Source: Dehalococcoidia bacterium
Lineage (GTDB): Bacteria; Chloroflexota; Dehalococcoidia; Plut-88900
Direction of reading: 5' to 3'
DNA: 64,000 nucleotides
Assembly (NCBI GenBank): GCA_965197645.1
Contig: OZ240219.1
Span: 2,368,001 to 2,432,000 of the forward strand
Shown here: in pieces, positions 1 to 9,017 of the stretch
How positions within the stretch are numbered: position 1 is the first letter of the stretch
Layout: each line of letters starts with the position of its first letter
Position numbers and translations under genes: made by a program
Notes under the pieces: generated by a model
Told to the model about the DNA's origin: nothing
The model's database searches: none
The model's input: only the letters and a program-made list of their open reading frames with translations

Positions 1-66
1 CGCAATGCCAATTATACTTGCCACGGTCTTCTGCACGCTCATCCAACCACAGGTGGGAGGAACAAT

Positions 67-480
67 ATGAGCATTGTCAAACGTCTGGCTGGGGTTTACC
101 TGCTCTTGCTAGCGGCGGCGGTGGCCGTGCATTTTCTGGTCACCCAGTTTTACGATCCGTTGTATGAGGATACCGCGTTCACAGTGTGGCGGATACTCGA
201 CCCGTTTATGGTGGCCGGTGTTGCGATGGCGCTGATCGCCGCGTGCTGCAGAAAGCGCCAGTTGGCAGCCGGAGGGAGGGACCAACCGGTTACCCGAGAG
301 TACCTCTCGGCCAACGTGGCATTCTACTTCTCGGCGGCGCTGCTGATTGCACTGCTCTACAACTGGTTCGGCGTGGAGTTCGCTGAACCCCAAAACGACG
401 TCGGCCTGGTATGGTATGCGATCGACACGACCCTTCCCGTCCTGACGGCCGCCACCGGCCTCCGGCTCCTGCGCGAGTAG
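67..480 (+). CDS. hypothetical membrane protein (about 4 TM helices)
   Basis: 137-aa ORF with a GGGAGG RBS upstream and four hydrophobic stretches. Confidence 0.75.
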   Translation: MSIVKRLAGVYLLLLAAAVAVHFLVTQFYDPLYEDTAFTVWRILDPFMVAGVAMALIAACCRKRQLAAGGRDQPVTREYLSANVAFYFSAALLIALLYNWFGVEFAEPQNDVGLVWYAIDTTLPVLTAATGLRLLRE

Positions 481-543
481 TAGAACCAAGGCCCGCCGAG
501 ATTAGGGAGTTCGGTATCGGAGTAACCGGCTGAGCCGGGCGCC

Positions 544-1221
544 CTACGGGGACGCGGCGGTCAGACGCTCTCCCAGTCTTTCCAGGAGACTCCTGGGGTT
601 TGCCTCGAAGACACCGTCGAGCGCCGGGCGACTCAACCCGGCCCCAAGGGCAACCTTCTCCCGGAGCTCCGGGGTGAGCAGGTCTTCGGGTTGGTGAGTG
701 TCCGAGTCGAGGACCATCAACGCCCCCGATTGCTCCGCCATCCGTACCACGTGCCCGTTGGCCAGGCTGTGACCCTTTCGGGCGGAGATCTCCAAGAATA
801 CGCTCTTTTCCGCCGCCATTCGAGCGTCCTCCAGGCTTACCAGGCCCGGGTGGGCCAGAACGTCCACCCACGGAGAGCTTACAGCTGCCTGGTTGGTGCC
901 CGGCTCTACCGGTTCAACGGGGGTCTCGCCGTGAACGATGACGATTCTAGCTCCCAACTCCTTCGCCGCTTTCGCCACCATATCGATGTCCTCTTTGGGC
1001 ACGTGGGTGATCTCCACCCCGGGTATGGCCAGTATGTCCCATCGAGCGGTCGCCGCAGCACAGTCCGTAACCAGCACTTTCAGAACCAACTCCAAGTTAC
1101 CCGGCCCGACGTGGTCCGTTACTGCCATGGCTCTGTACCCGCGGACGCAGGCCCGGCGGACTAGCTCCACGGGCGAAAGCTCCCCATCGCTGAGGAAGGT
1201 GTGGGTGTGAAAGTCGTACAA
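544..1221 (-). CDS. PHP-domain protein (histidinol-phosphatase-like)
   Basis: DFHTHT, AVTDH, GVEITH, VHGE, LAHPG and DSDTH motifs; start moved to TTG at 1221 behind a GAGGT RBS. Confidence 0.85.
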   Translation of the reverse strand: MYDFHTHTFLSDGELSPVELVRRACVRGYRAMAVTDHVGPGNLELVLKVLVTDCAAATARWDILAIPGVEITHVPKEDIDMVAKAAKELGARIVIVHGETPVEPVEPGTNQAAVSSPWVDVLAHPGLVSLEDARMAAEKSVFLEISARKGHSLANGHVVRMAEQSGALMVLDSDTHQPEDLLTPELREKVALGAGLSRPALDGVFEANPRSLLERLGERLTAASP

Positions 1222-1302
1222 TCTTACGGACCTCGAGGTGTATGGATGGGTCGAATCGCCCAAGACGCCCAGATATCGATACCCGGCCCAGGGCCAGCGC
1301 GC

Positions 1303-1331
1303 AGTCTAAGGTATGCACTCCCTGCGGTCAA
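1303..1331 (-). promoter_or_regulatory. sigma70-type promoter of the PHP gene
   Basis: TTGACC-17 bp-TAGACT on the minus strand. Confidence 0.55.
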
Positions 1332-1511
1332 CGTCTGCATACCCGTCTGGTGCTCCGCTTTCCGGTCACCTCCGGGGACGCTATAATCGTTGACGATCCC
1401 CGGCTGGAAAGTGCCGCAAGGTGTCTTGACGACCGTACTCGGCCGGAGACCAGGTGCAGACATTACGGGTCCGAGGGTTTCGGGATAACGAGGCGAAGGA
1501 GGATCGGCCGG

Positions 1512-2432
1512 ATGAATATAATGGACCGCTTCAGCACCGTGACCTTTACGCTGGACCCATCCCTGGACGATGTCATAGCGGCCACCCAGCATGCCGAAAA
1601 GCTGGGCTTCTACTCCATAAACATCCCGATGACGAATGGCGCCAGCGGCCTGGACATGTTCGTCGTCCTTCCTGCCCTGGTGCAGGCTACCAGTAGAATA
1701 CGCATCGCTGTGGACGCCGTCCCTGCCTACCAAGTCTCCCCCTTCAACCTAGCCAAGTACTTCGCCAGCCTGGACGTCATCTCCGGCGGCAGGGTCATCC
1801 TGGGAATCTGCCTCGGCTACGAGCAGGAAGCCTTTGATATCGTAGGGGCCCAGCAGAAGTACCGGGGCCGGATGGCCGATGAGCAGCTGGAGGCTATAAC
1901 TCGCCTCTGGACTGAAGACAACGTCGATTTCCAGGGCAAGGTGTTCAGCTTCAAGAACGCCACCGTCGATCCCAAGCCTATCCAGAATCCCTTGCCCATC
2001 TGGCTTGGAGGCCGTACCAAATCGATCCCCCGCGCCTCCCGCTACTGCGAGTATCTCAATACCCTATGGCCCACGCCCGACGAAGTGCGCAACGAGTACA
2101 TTCCTCAGCTGGACGCTGAAAACAGGAAATGGAGAACCAATGCCAAGCTCAGCACCTGGCTGTTTACCAAGATATCCGATAAAGAGATGTCCGATGACGA
2201 CACCAACGAGTGGTTCAAAGGCATTATCAACGGAGAGGTAACGGTAACCGCATCCGAAGTATCGGTTGCCGGCACCCCGCAGCAATGCGCCGCCAGGTTC
2301 AAGGAGTACATGGACGCCGGCATAGACCGGTTTGTGTTGGACCAGCGACGCCACTCCGTCGACTCCGTGGACGTCTTTTACGAACAGACCACCCTTTTCG
2401 CCGAGAAAGTAGCGCCATTACTGGAATCGTAG
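1512..2432 (+). CDS. LLM class flavin/F420-dependent oxidoreductase
   Basis: ASLDVISGGRVILG, PKPIQNPLPIWLGG and AGTPQQC motifs; AAGGAGG RBS before ATG at 1512, so the ORF-track N-terminal extension is unlikely. Confidence 0.9.
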   Translation: MNIMDRFSTVTFTLDPSLDDVIAATQHAEKLGFYSINIPMTNGASGLDMFVVLPALVQATSRIRIAVDAVPAYQVSPFNLAKYFASLDVISGGRVILGICLGYEQEAFDIVGAQQKYRGRMADEQLEAITRLWTEDNVDFQGKVFSFKNATVDPKPIQNPLPIWLGGRTKSIPRASRYCEYLNTLWPTPDEVRNEYIPQLDAENRKWRTNAKLSTWLFTKISDKEMSDDDTNEWFKGIINGEVTVTASEVSVAGTPQQCAARFKEYMDAGIDRFVLDQRRHSVDSVDVFYEQTTLFAEKVAPLLES

Positions 2433-2471
2433 GCGAGTAGTACAAAGCAAGCACGATCGAGGAGGCTTATC

Positions 2472-2858
2472 ATGCAGGACCCCGCAGAGCTGAAAGCGAA
2501 CATAGCGCTGGCCCACAGGCTTCACTGGGATATCATCTCGAAGAACGATCACGATCTGGCCAGGGAGATCGTCCACGAAGAGTTTGTGGTCCATGGGCCG
2601 GGCGCCGACCTGGAGAACGATCCCCGCGGCCCGGACGGAGCGATCAAAATGGCAGTGGACGATAACGAAGGAGACCCTGCCGGGGTAACCCGCGGCCTCG
2701 TCTTCGACCACTACGACGCCTTCGCCGCGGGCGACAAAGTCGCATTCCGGTGGTGCCTGCGGACCGAAGGCGGAGAAGACTTCTGGGGAATCGATATCAT
2801 ACGGATCAAGGAGGGGAAGATCGCCGAGGCATGGCTGGCCTACCCGGGCGGCCCGTAG
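2472..2858 (+). CDS. SnoaL/NTF2-like protein (ester cyclase-like)
   Basis: EEFVVHGP, AAGDKVAFRW and GIDIIRIKEGKIAEAW pattern; GGAGG RBS. Confidence 0.8.
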   Translation: MQDPAELKANIALAHRLHWDIISKNDHDLAREIVHEEFVVHGPGADLENDPRGPDGAIKMAVDDNEGDPAGVTRGLVFDHYDAFAAGDKVAFRWCLRTEGGEDFWGIDIIRIKEGKIAEAWLAYPGGP

Positions 2859-2977
2859 AAGTCGAGCTTGCTCCGGGCAACTAGACGATTTGCCATCCAA
2901 GATCGCTTGGACGTTGATAAGACCACCCTAACGTGATATCGTGACCTCGCCGTTCAATCGCAATCAGGAGGAATTCA

Positions 2978-3295
2978 ATGTACCTTATGCGCCGAGTCGC
3001 CAGGACGCAACCGGGTAAAGCCTGGGAGGTAGCCAACGTGCTCAAGAAGACCTGTGAGGCCTATGAAGCGGCCGGTAGGAACCCGGCGCAGCTCTACGTT
3101 GGCAGCGAGCTGCGCGGTGATGCCGATGTTGTCTACGTCGAGTGGACTCAGGACAACCTGAATCCGACCCAGATGTCAGAAGTCCCCGCATCCATTTTCG
3201 CAGACTTCGAGGCGATGGAGCCTAACCTAGTCTCCTACGACATCGAGTTCTACGAGCTGGTAACTCCCGAAGCCCTAGCAAACCAGGGCCTCTAA
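2978..3295 (+). CDS. small hypothetical protein (possible dimeric alpha/beta barrel, NIPSNAP-like)
   Basis: 105-aa ORF with AGGAGG RBS and N-terminal MYLMRRV..QPGKAWEV pattern. Confidence 0.65.
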   Translation: MYLMRRVARTQPGKAWEVANVLKKTCEAYEAAGRNPAQLYVGSELRGDADVVYVEWTQDNLNPTQMSEVPASIFADFEAMEPNLVSYDIEFYELVTPEALANQGL

Positions 3296-3382
3296 CTGCT
3301 CCACTGACAAAGGATTCCCTGGGATAAGCCGGTCTCTCGGCAGCTGGCTGGAGCGACTGACCCACTCTCCGTAGAGGCGCGG

Positions 3383-4126
3383 TCAGAACGTCTCGGCGTC
3401 CTCATCGAACCACTTGCGGATGAGGTCGTTCAGCGAGCCGTCATCCTTCATGGCGGCGATGGCACGGTCCAGCTGGTTCTTGAGTTCCCCGTCGTCCTCC
3501 CGGACGCCGACCCCGATGCCGGAGTCGAGCACCACTTCAGGACCGACGACAGCCAGCCTGTCTCCATGCTCGGCGATGCGTTTACGGGCGAATTCGCGGT
3601 CGACCAGGGCGGCGTCCGCTTCGCCTGTAAGGACTGCTTCGACCAGCTCCTCGGCCAGTTCGTACTCGAGGAGTGTTGCGCCCGACTCGGCTAGGTAGCC
3701 GGCATGGATGGTGGCGGTCTGCGCGGCCACTCTGCCGTCAACCACTTCGGCGCCCGCACCGGCTAGAGCGAAATAGACCGACGGGGTGGGTGGGATGTAC
3801 GCCTGCGTGAAGTCGATGATCTGGTCCCGCTCATCAGTGATGCTCATGCCCGCCATGATGGTGTCGTAGTTGCCGTCCACGAGGTTGGGAATGATGGTGT
3901 CCCAATCGTTGGTCACCCACACGCAATCAAGCTCAGCCCTGCGGCACAGCTCGTCGCCCAGCTCCCGCTCGAAACCGTCGACCTCGCCGTCGTCGTTGAT
4001 GAAGTTGTAGGGCGGATAGGCGCCTTCCGTCCCCATGCGAACAGGGTCGGTCTCACCGCCGCATGACAGGCAGGCAACGACGAGTAGGGCGATAGCGAAT
4101 ACAGCTTTGAGAGGGGTGGTGTTCAC
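3383..4126 (-). CDS. amino acid ABC substrate-binding lipoprotein (ArgT/HisJ family)
   Basis: signal peptide ending in LSC, GTEGAYPPYNF and GMSITDER motifs. Confidence 0.9.
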   Translation of the reverse strand: MNTTPLKAVFAIALLVVACLSCGGETDPVRMGTEGAYPPYNFINDDGEVDGFERELGDELCRRAELDCVWVTNDWDTIIPNLVDGNYDTIMAGMSITDERDQIIDFTQAYIPPTPSVYFALAGAGAEVVDGRVAAQTATIHAGYLAESGATLLEYELAEELVEAVLTGEADAALVDREFARKRIAEHGDRLAVVGPEVVLDSGIGVGVREDDGELKNQLDRAIAAMKDDGSLNDLIRKWFDEDAETF

Positions 4127-4292
4127 ATCAAGCTCCGCATTTCAATCCGAGGGGTTATGGACGAAAGTCCGCGCCTCACAATCGGATTAGTACGCCGACC
4201 TACCGCAGGTAACGAGCGGGACGCCGGTTCCCTCTTCGGAAAGGTGGGCCGCAAGTCCACTCCCATGCTCAGAGGCCGAGCAGGAAGCGTGT

Positions 4293-5435
4293 TCAGTTCA
4301 GCTTGAACCCGTAGAGCTTGGCGGCGTTATCGCGTACGATCTTCCGCTTCTCCTCGGCGGTCAGGTCCTTGAAGGTCTCGGCGATTATCTCCTGCGAGTG
4401 GGGGAAGGTACCTTCGTCGTGGGGGTAGTCGCTGCCCCAAAGCAGGCAGTCCACTCCCGTGAACACCCTGTTCAACAGGCCCACAGGATCGTTCCCGAAT
4501 GTGATGTGCCCCTGACGAAGGAAGTACTCGCTGGGCTTCATCTGAAGCCGGGGAACCTGCCACATGTGCCTCTCCTCGGCCAGATCGTCCAATGCGTACA
4601 GGAACCAGGCCAGCCAGCCTATGCCGCACTCCACGAGGACGAACTTCAAGTCCGGATGTCTCTCCAGCACGCCGGCAGCAATCAACTGACTGAGAGGGCT
4701 CATCGCCGCAGTCATCCCCATGGCCATGCCGCTGAGGTCCTCGCCACTCCCCTTCTCATCGCCCAGACCCCTGGGGATCTCCGCGTCATGCCCCGCCCTT
4801 TCGTCCGTGAACACATGGAAGCTGATCGGTATCCCCATCTCTTCGACAGCCGTCCAGAACGGTTCGTACTCCGGCCAGTTGTAGGGCGCCCCCTGGGTGG
4901 TTACCGGCACCGATAGGGAGCGGAATCCCATGTCGATCGCCCGGCGACTCTCCTGGATAGCGTTTTCGATGTCCGCTACGGAGATGGTGGCCGAACATAC
5001 GAACCGGTCCGGGTAGCCGGCGAATATGTCGGCGTAGTAGTCGTTCAGGACGCGAGCGGCAGCCATCTGGTAGTCGGCGTGTTGGGAAGCGTAGATGAAG
5101 AAGGTACCATTGGGGTACACCACCTCGGCGCTAACGCCGTCGGCATCCTGGTCTGCTATCCGCAGGGGTATGTCCACGCCCCCCTCGCGGGGATCGACCA
5201 GACCGAAATCCAGGCGGCCCCTTCCTTCAACTCGCTTTTCGTCCTCCGACAGCTCGTGAGGAGCATCGAGCATACCCCAGCGGGTGCCGTCTACGATCAT
5301 CCACCTCCGGCCTTCGATCACTTCGATCTTCGGGGCCCGGTGCCGCATGTCGGGCGGCAGCCGGTCGAACATGTCTGCAGGCTCGGAGGCGTGGGAGTCG
5401 GCCGAGATAATCTTGTAGCCGTTGGCAGTGGCCAT
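4293..5435 (-). CDS. amidohydrolase family protein (Amidohydro_2)
   Basis: ISADSH, SFH, VECGIGW and WGSDYPHDEGTFP motifs. Confidence 0.92.
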   Translation of the reverse strand: MATANGYKIISADSHASEPADMFDRLPPDMRHRAPKIEVIEGRRWMIVDGTRWGMLDAPHELSEDEKRVEGRGRLDFGLVDPREGGVDIPLRIADQDADGVSAEVVYPNGTFFIYASQHADYQMAAARVLNDYYADIFAGYPDRFVCSATISVADIENAIQESRRAIDMGFRSLSVPVTTQGAPYNWPEYEPFWTAVEEMGIPISFHVFTDERAGHDAEIPRGLGDEKGSGEDLSGMAMGMTAAMSPLSQLIAAGVLERHPDLKFVLVECGIGWLAWFLYALDDLAEERHMWQVPRLQMKPSEYFLRQGHITFGNDPVGLLNRVFTGVDCLLWGSDYPHDEGTFPHSQEIIAETFKDLTAEEKRKIVRDNAAKLYGFKLN

Positions 5436-5447
5436 GTGTTGACCTTT

Positions 5448-6578
5448 CTACACGCCGTAGATCCTGGCGGCGTTGCCACCGACGATTTTGGCCTTCTCGT
5501 CTTCGGTGCAATCGGCCAGTATGTCCTCGATGAAATCGTGAGACTTGGGCCAGGTACCCTCTTCATGCGGGTAGTCCGAGCCCCACATGATGTTGTCCAC
5601 ACCGATGACGTCCCGGTGCGTTATTCCCAGTTTGTCCTCCTGGAAATCGACGAAGCAGTTGCTGTGAAAAACGTCGCTGGGGCGTTTGTCGTTCTCCAGC
5701 CGGAAGCCCTGCCGTCCGGAGGTCCTCTGGTCGTAGCTGAAGTCGGCCCGCTCCAGCCAGTAGGGCACCCAGTTGAGCTCGTGTTCAGCCACCCCTACTT
5801 GAAGGTTGGGATGCCGATCGAACACCCCGCTCCAGATCATTTCCGTGAGGGATGTCCGGACCCAGAAGTCGGCGTTGTCCAGGAGGATATTGGAGGAATG
5901 GAAGGAGTCTCTCAGGTCCCGGTCCCAGCCTCTGGTGGCGCTCATGCGCGGCGTGAAGATGTGAAAGCTGAGGGGCATGGACTGGTCCTGGGCACAGGCC
6001 CATAGCGGCTCGTACTTCGGTAAGTGGTAACCTTCGTCAGCGACGTACTCCGGGATGGTGGCGCCCACCAGGCCCATCTTGGCGCACCGCTCGACCTCAG
6101 CCACTCCGTCCTCGACGTCGTCGATGTTGATCACGCCGATGGCGTTGAGCCGCCTGGTGTCTGCCTGGCAGAACTCGGCGGCGAAATCGTTGTAGACCTT
6201 GAAGATCGCATCGAGCAGCTTGCCGTCCGGGATATAGGGGTAGAGGAAGATGGTCATAGTGGGATAGATCAACGAGGTGTCTACGCCATCCACGTCCATG
6301 TCCTTGGTGGCCTCTTCGCCTATGTAGGCGCCAAGCCGGACCTTCTCCCATTCGGGAAACGCCTCCATGTGGTCTTCTTCCTCAAACCGCACCCCCGGCT
6401 GAGCGCCCATGTTGTTGTTCCCTAGTGTGAACTCGTTGTCTATGAACCACATCTCCCCCATGTCCGTATTCCTCATCACCGGTCTACGGTCATGGAACTT
6501 GGGATCGATTTTTCCTTCCCAGAGGTCCGGCGGCTCGACGATGTGACTATCCGAAGATATGACCCTGTACTCTGACAT
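5448..6578 (-). CDS. amidohydrolase family protein (Amidohydro_2)
   Basis: ISSDSHIVEP, SFH and WGSDYPHEEGTWP motifs; 12 bp from the next gene. Confidence 0.92.
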   Translation of the reverse strand: MSEYRVISSDSHIVEPPDLWEGKIDPKFHDRRPVMRNTDMGEMWFIDNEFTLGNNNMGAQPGVRFEEEDHMEAFPEWEKVRLGAYIGEEATKDMDVDGVDTSLIYPTMTIFLYPYIPDGKLLDAIFKVYNDFAAEFCQADTRRLNAIGVINIDDVEDGVAEVERCAKMGLVGATIPEYVADEGYHLPKYEPLWACAQDQSMPLSFHIFTPRMSATRGWDRDLRDSFHSSNILLDNADFWVRTSLTEMIWSGVFDRHPNLQVGVAEHELNWVPYWLERADFSYDQRTSGRQGFRLENDKRPSDVFHSNCFVDFQEDKLGITHRDVIGVDNIMWGSDYPHEEGTWPKSHDFIEDILADCTEDEKAKIVGGNAARIYGV

Positions 6579-6629
6579 CCTTAGTTCTCCTCTTCTAGTG
6601 CTCGAATACCGTTTGTAGCACTCGGTAGC

Positions 6630-7865
6630 TTAGCCGGGGAACCCGTAGAGCCTGGCGGTGTTGTCGCAGACGATCTTCCTGAGCTTGTCCTCGTCCAGGT
6701 GGCCCAGGTTCTCGTCGATTATCGCTCGGGAGTCGGGCCAGATGCCGTCGGGGTGAGGATAGTCGGAGCCCCACATGATGTTGTCTTCGCCCACCATGTC
6801 CACCATTTCGTTGGTGAGGTACTCTATCTGGAAGGTGGAGTAGCCCTGGCGCTTCCAGTACTCGGAGGGCTTCAGGCTAAGTCCCTTCTCCTCGAACTTC
6901 CATCGCTCGGCTTCGTCGTCCATTCTAAAGAGGACGTAAGGTATCCATCCGATGCCGCATTCCCCCAGCACGAATTTCATGTTGGGGTACCGCTCGCAGG
7001 CGCCAGAAAGGATCACGCTGGAGACGTACTCTGCGCCCGAAAGCTGGAACAGGGTGAGGACCACGCCGCTCAAGACCGAGTGGAAGTCCTCTTTGTTCCC
7101 CTTCTTGGGCATTTTGGGGGTCAGCCCCGTGGTGTGGAAGGAGATGGGCAGACCCGATTCGTCCGCCGCTTCCCAGAGCGGGTCCCAATGTCGCAGGTAT
7201 ATCGGCTCGTCTGTAGAGCCCACGTTGAGCTCAGTCCCTTTAAGCCCGAGGTCGGCCGCGCGACGAACCTGGCTGGCCGCCGTCTGTGGGTCCAGGGCAT
7301 AGAGGCAGCCCAGAGCTGCCAACCTTTCAGGATCGTTCTTGCAGAAGTTTGCAATGTACTCATTGTAGATATCAAAGACCGATAGGATAACGTCAGGATC
7401 GGTAAGACCGTAACCCGGGCCGCTGGGCTCGTCGCCCCCCACGAAGGTCTCCTCATCCTCGGAGTCGGAGGAGAGGCCTCCCGCCAGAGCCAGGACCCCG
7501 TAGAGCACCTCGCCCTTGACGCCATCGGCCTCCTGGTCCTTGATTCTCAGCTCAGGGTCGGTGGGATGGAACATGCCCTTCTCGCCGTCCGAGAAGAATT
7601 TCATATCCTCCATCCTGTCCAAGCGAGTTGAGGCCCCGGCTACGTAGGGGTCCCAGAAAAGGTCCGGTCGAATGCCGACTCCGGACCCAGCCACACACCC
7701 CAACGGTTTGCCATCGGCGAACCACTGTTTTCCATCGCCGGTGTCCTGCACGTGGGGCATTCGTCCCTTCAGATGAGCCGGGGCATTGGAAGTGAACAGG
7801 TCCGCCGGCAACCACGGAATATCGACGTGGCAATCGCCCGATATCACTTTTCCTTCGTAAGCCAT
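6630..7865 (-). CDS. amidohydrolase family protein (Amidohydro_2)
   Basis: ISGDCH, SFH, GECGIGW and WGSDYPHPDG motifs; start at ATG 7865 after GGGGAG. Confidence 0.92.
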   Translation of the reverse strand: MAYEGKVISGDCHVDIPWLPADLFTSNAPAHLKGRMPHVQDTGDGKQWFADGKPLGCVAGSGVGIRPDLFWDPYVAGASTRLDRMEDMKFFSDGEKGMFHPTDPELRIKDQEADGVKGEVLYGVLALAGGLSSDSEDEETFVGGDEPSGPGYGLTDPDVILSVFDIYNEYIANFCKNDPERLAALGCLYALDPQTAASQVRRAADLGLKGTELNVGSTDEPIYLRHWDPLWEAADESGLPISFHTTGLTPKMPKKGNKEDFHSVLSGVVLTLFQLSGAEYVSSVILSGACERYPNMKFVLGECGIGWIPYVLFRMDDEAERWKFEEKGLSLKPSEYWKRQGYSTFQIEYLTNEMVDMVGEDNIMWGSDYPHPDGIWPDSRAIIDENLGHLDEDKLRKIVCDNTARLYGFPG

Positions 7866-7973
7866 CTTTACTCTCCCCATTCCAGTCTATGTCCAAAAAA
7901 CACCTATCGGTAGTATACAGCTAGGTTGACCCTTTCACCAACCCCCCTTTGAATTTTGTTTCGGTGGTGGAAG

Positions 7974-8807
7974 CTAGGGCCTCCAACCGGGCGGGATCTC
8001 GCCACTGGCCGGATATGATCCGTCGGCGTCGTGGGTTTCGTTGCCCACCAGTGGCGGGTTGAATACACTAATGCCGTAGAAGGCCGCTCTGTTCGTTACG
8101 CGGTGGCGGTCCTTCGGCCCCACCACGTAGAGGGTGCCGGGCGCTACCTCCCAGCTCTCCCCTGTTCCCAGGTCCTCGAGCGTCCCATCTCCTTCGATGA
8201 CGTAGTTGGCCTCGACGTGGTTCTTGTACCACAGAACCGCTTCCCCACCGCCGGGCACCCGGGGAACCGAGAGGGTTACGCCGCATCCCTCCGCCTGGTT
8301 CACGTAACGGGTGGCGCTGGCCGTGCCCCCGGCGATGGTCCGTTTCTTTGCATCGCTCTCCTGCATGACGAACATGGTGCGTCCCGACTCGCCGGCCCAG
8401 GCCGTTGGTATCTCGCCAGTAGGCGGGTAGGAGCCGTCGGCGTCGTGCTTCTCGGAGCCGGTGACAGCCGGACTGAAGACGCTGGCTATGTGGGCCTCGC
8501 CCACTGTCGTCATCCGGTGCCTGTCCTTGGGCCCTACCACGTACACCGAACTTGGGCCCAGCTCCCAGCTTTCGCCGCTCGACAGTTCCTCCACCTTGAC
8601 TTTACCCGACACGATGTAGTTGACCTCTACGTGGTTCTTGTAGTGGAGGTCGAAACTCAACTCGCCTTGGACGCGAACATCGGAGAGCGAGAACCCGCAC
8701 TGGTCGTCCTTGGTGAGCAATCTAACGCTTACCAAATCCGCTGCATCGGTCTTGTACCTCAGCTTTTTGTCTTCGCTTGTGATCTCGTCTATCTTCCTCA
8801 CGAACAT
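7974..8807 (-). CDS. ectC: tandem two-domain ectoine synthase-like cupin (EctC-EctC)
   Basis: two copies of YKNHVE.NY, Y..GPKDRH and VF.P...G.E.HDADGSY; the second repeat starts at MFVMQ. Confidence 0.85.
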   Translation of the reverse strand: MFVRKIDEITSEDKKLRYKTDAADLVSVRLLTKDDQCGFSLSDVRVQGELSFDLHYKNHVEVNYIVSGKVKVEELSSGESWELGPSSVYVVGPKDRHRMTTVGEAHIASVFSPAVTGSEKHDADGSYPPTGEIPTAWAGESGRTMFVMQESDAKKRTIAGGTASATRYVNQAEGCGVTLSVPRVPGGGEAVLWYKNHVEANYVIEGDGTLEDLGTGESWEVAPGTLYVVGPKDRHRVTNRAAFYGISVFNPPLVGNETHDADGSYPASGEIPPGWRP

Positions 8808-9017
8808 GACGCCTGCTCCCTTCCGGCGCCGTCAGTCCCAATCAGATGGGACATCCAGCTATGCGTTAATAGCCGCCTCAAGCTCCTCAGCACGTTAATG
8901 TTTCGCCCGACCCCTCCTGAATAGGAGAAGCCCCACTATGTTCTTGGAAAAGTTGTGCCGCGTGCACTATTATACTGCCATCGGTAATGCGAAACAGCCA
9001 ATCGGATACACGAGTAT

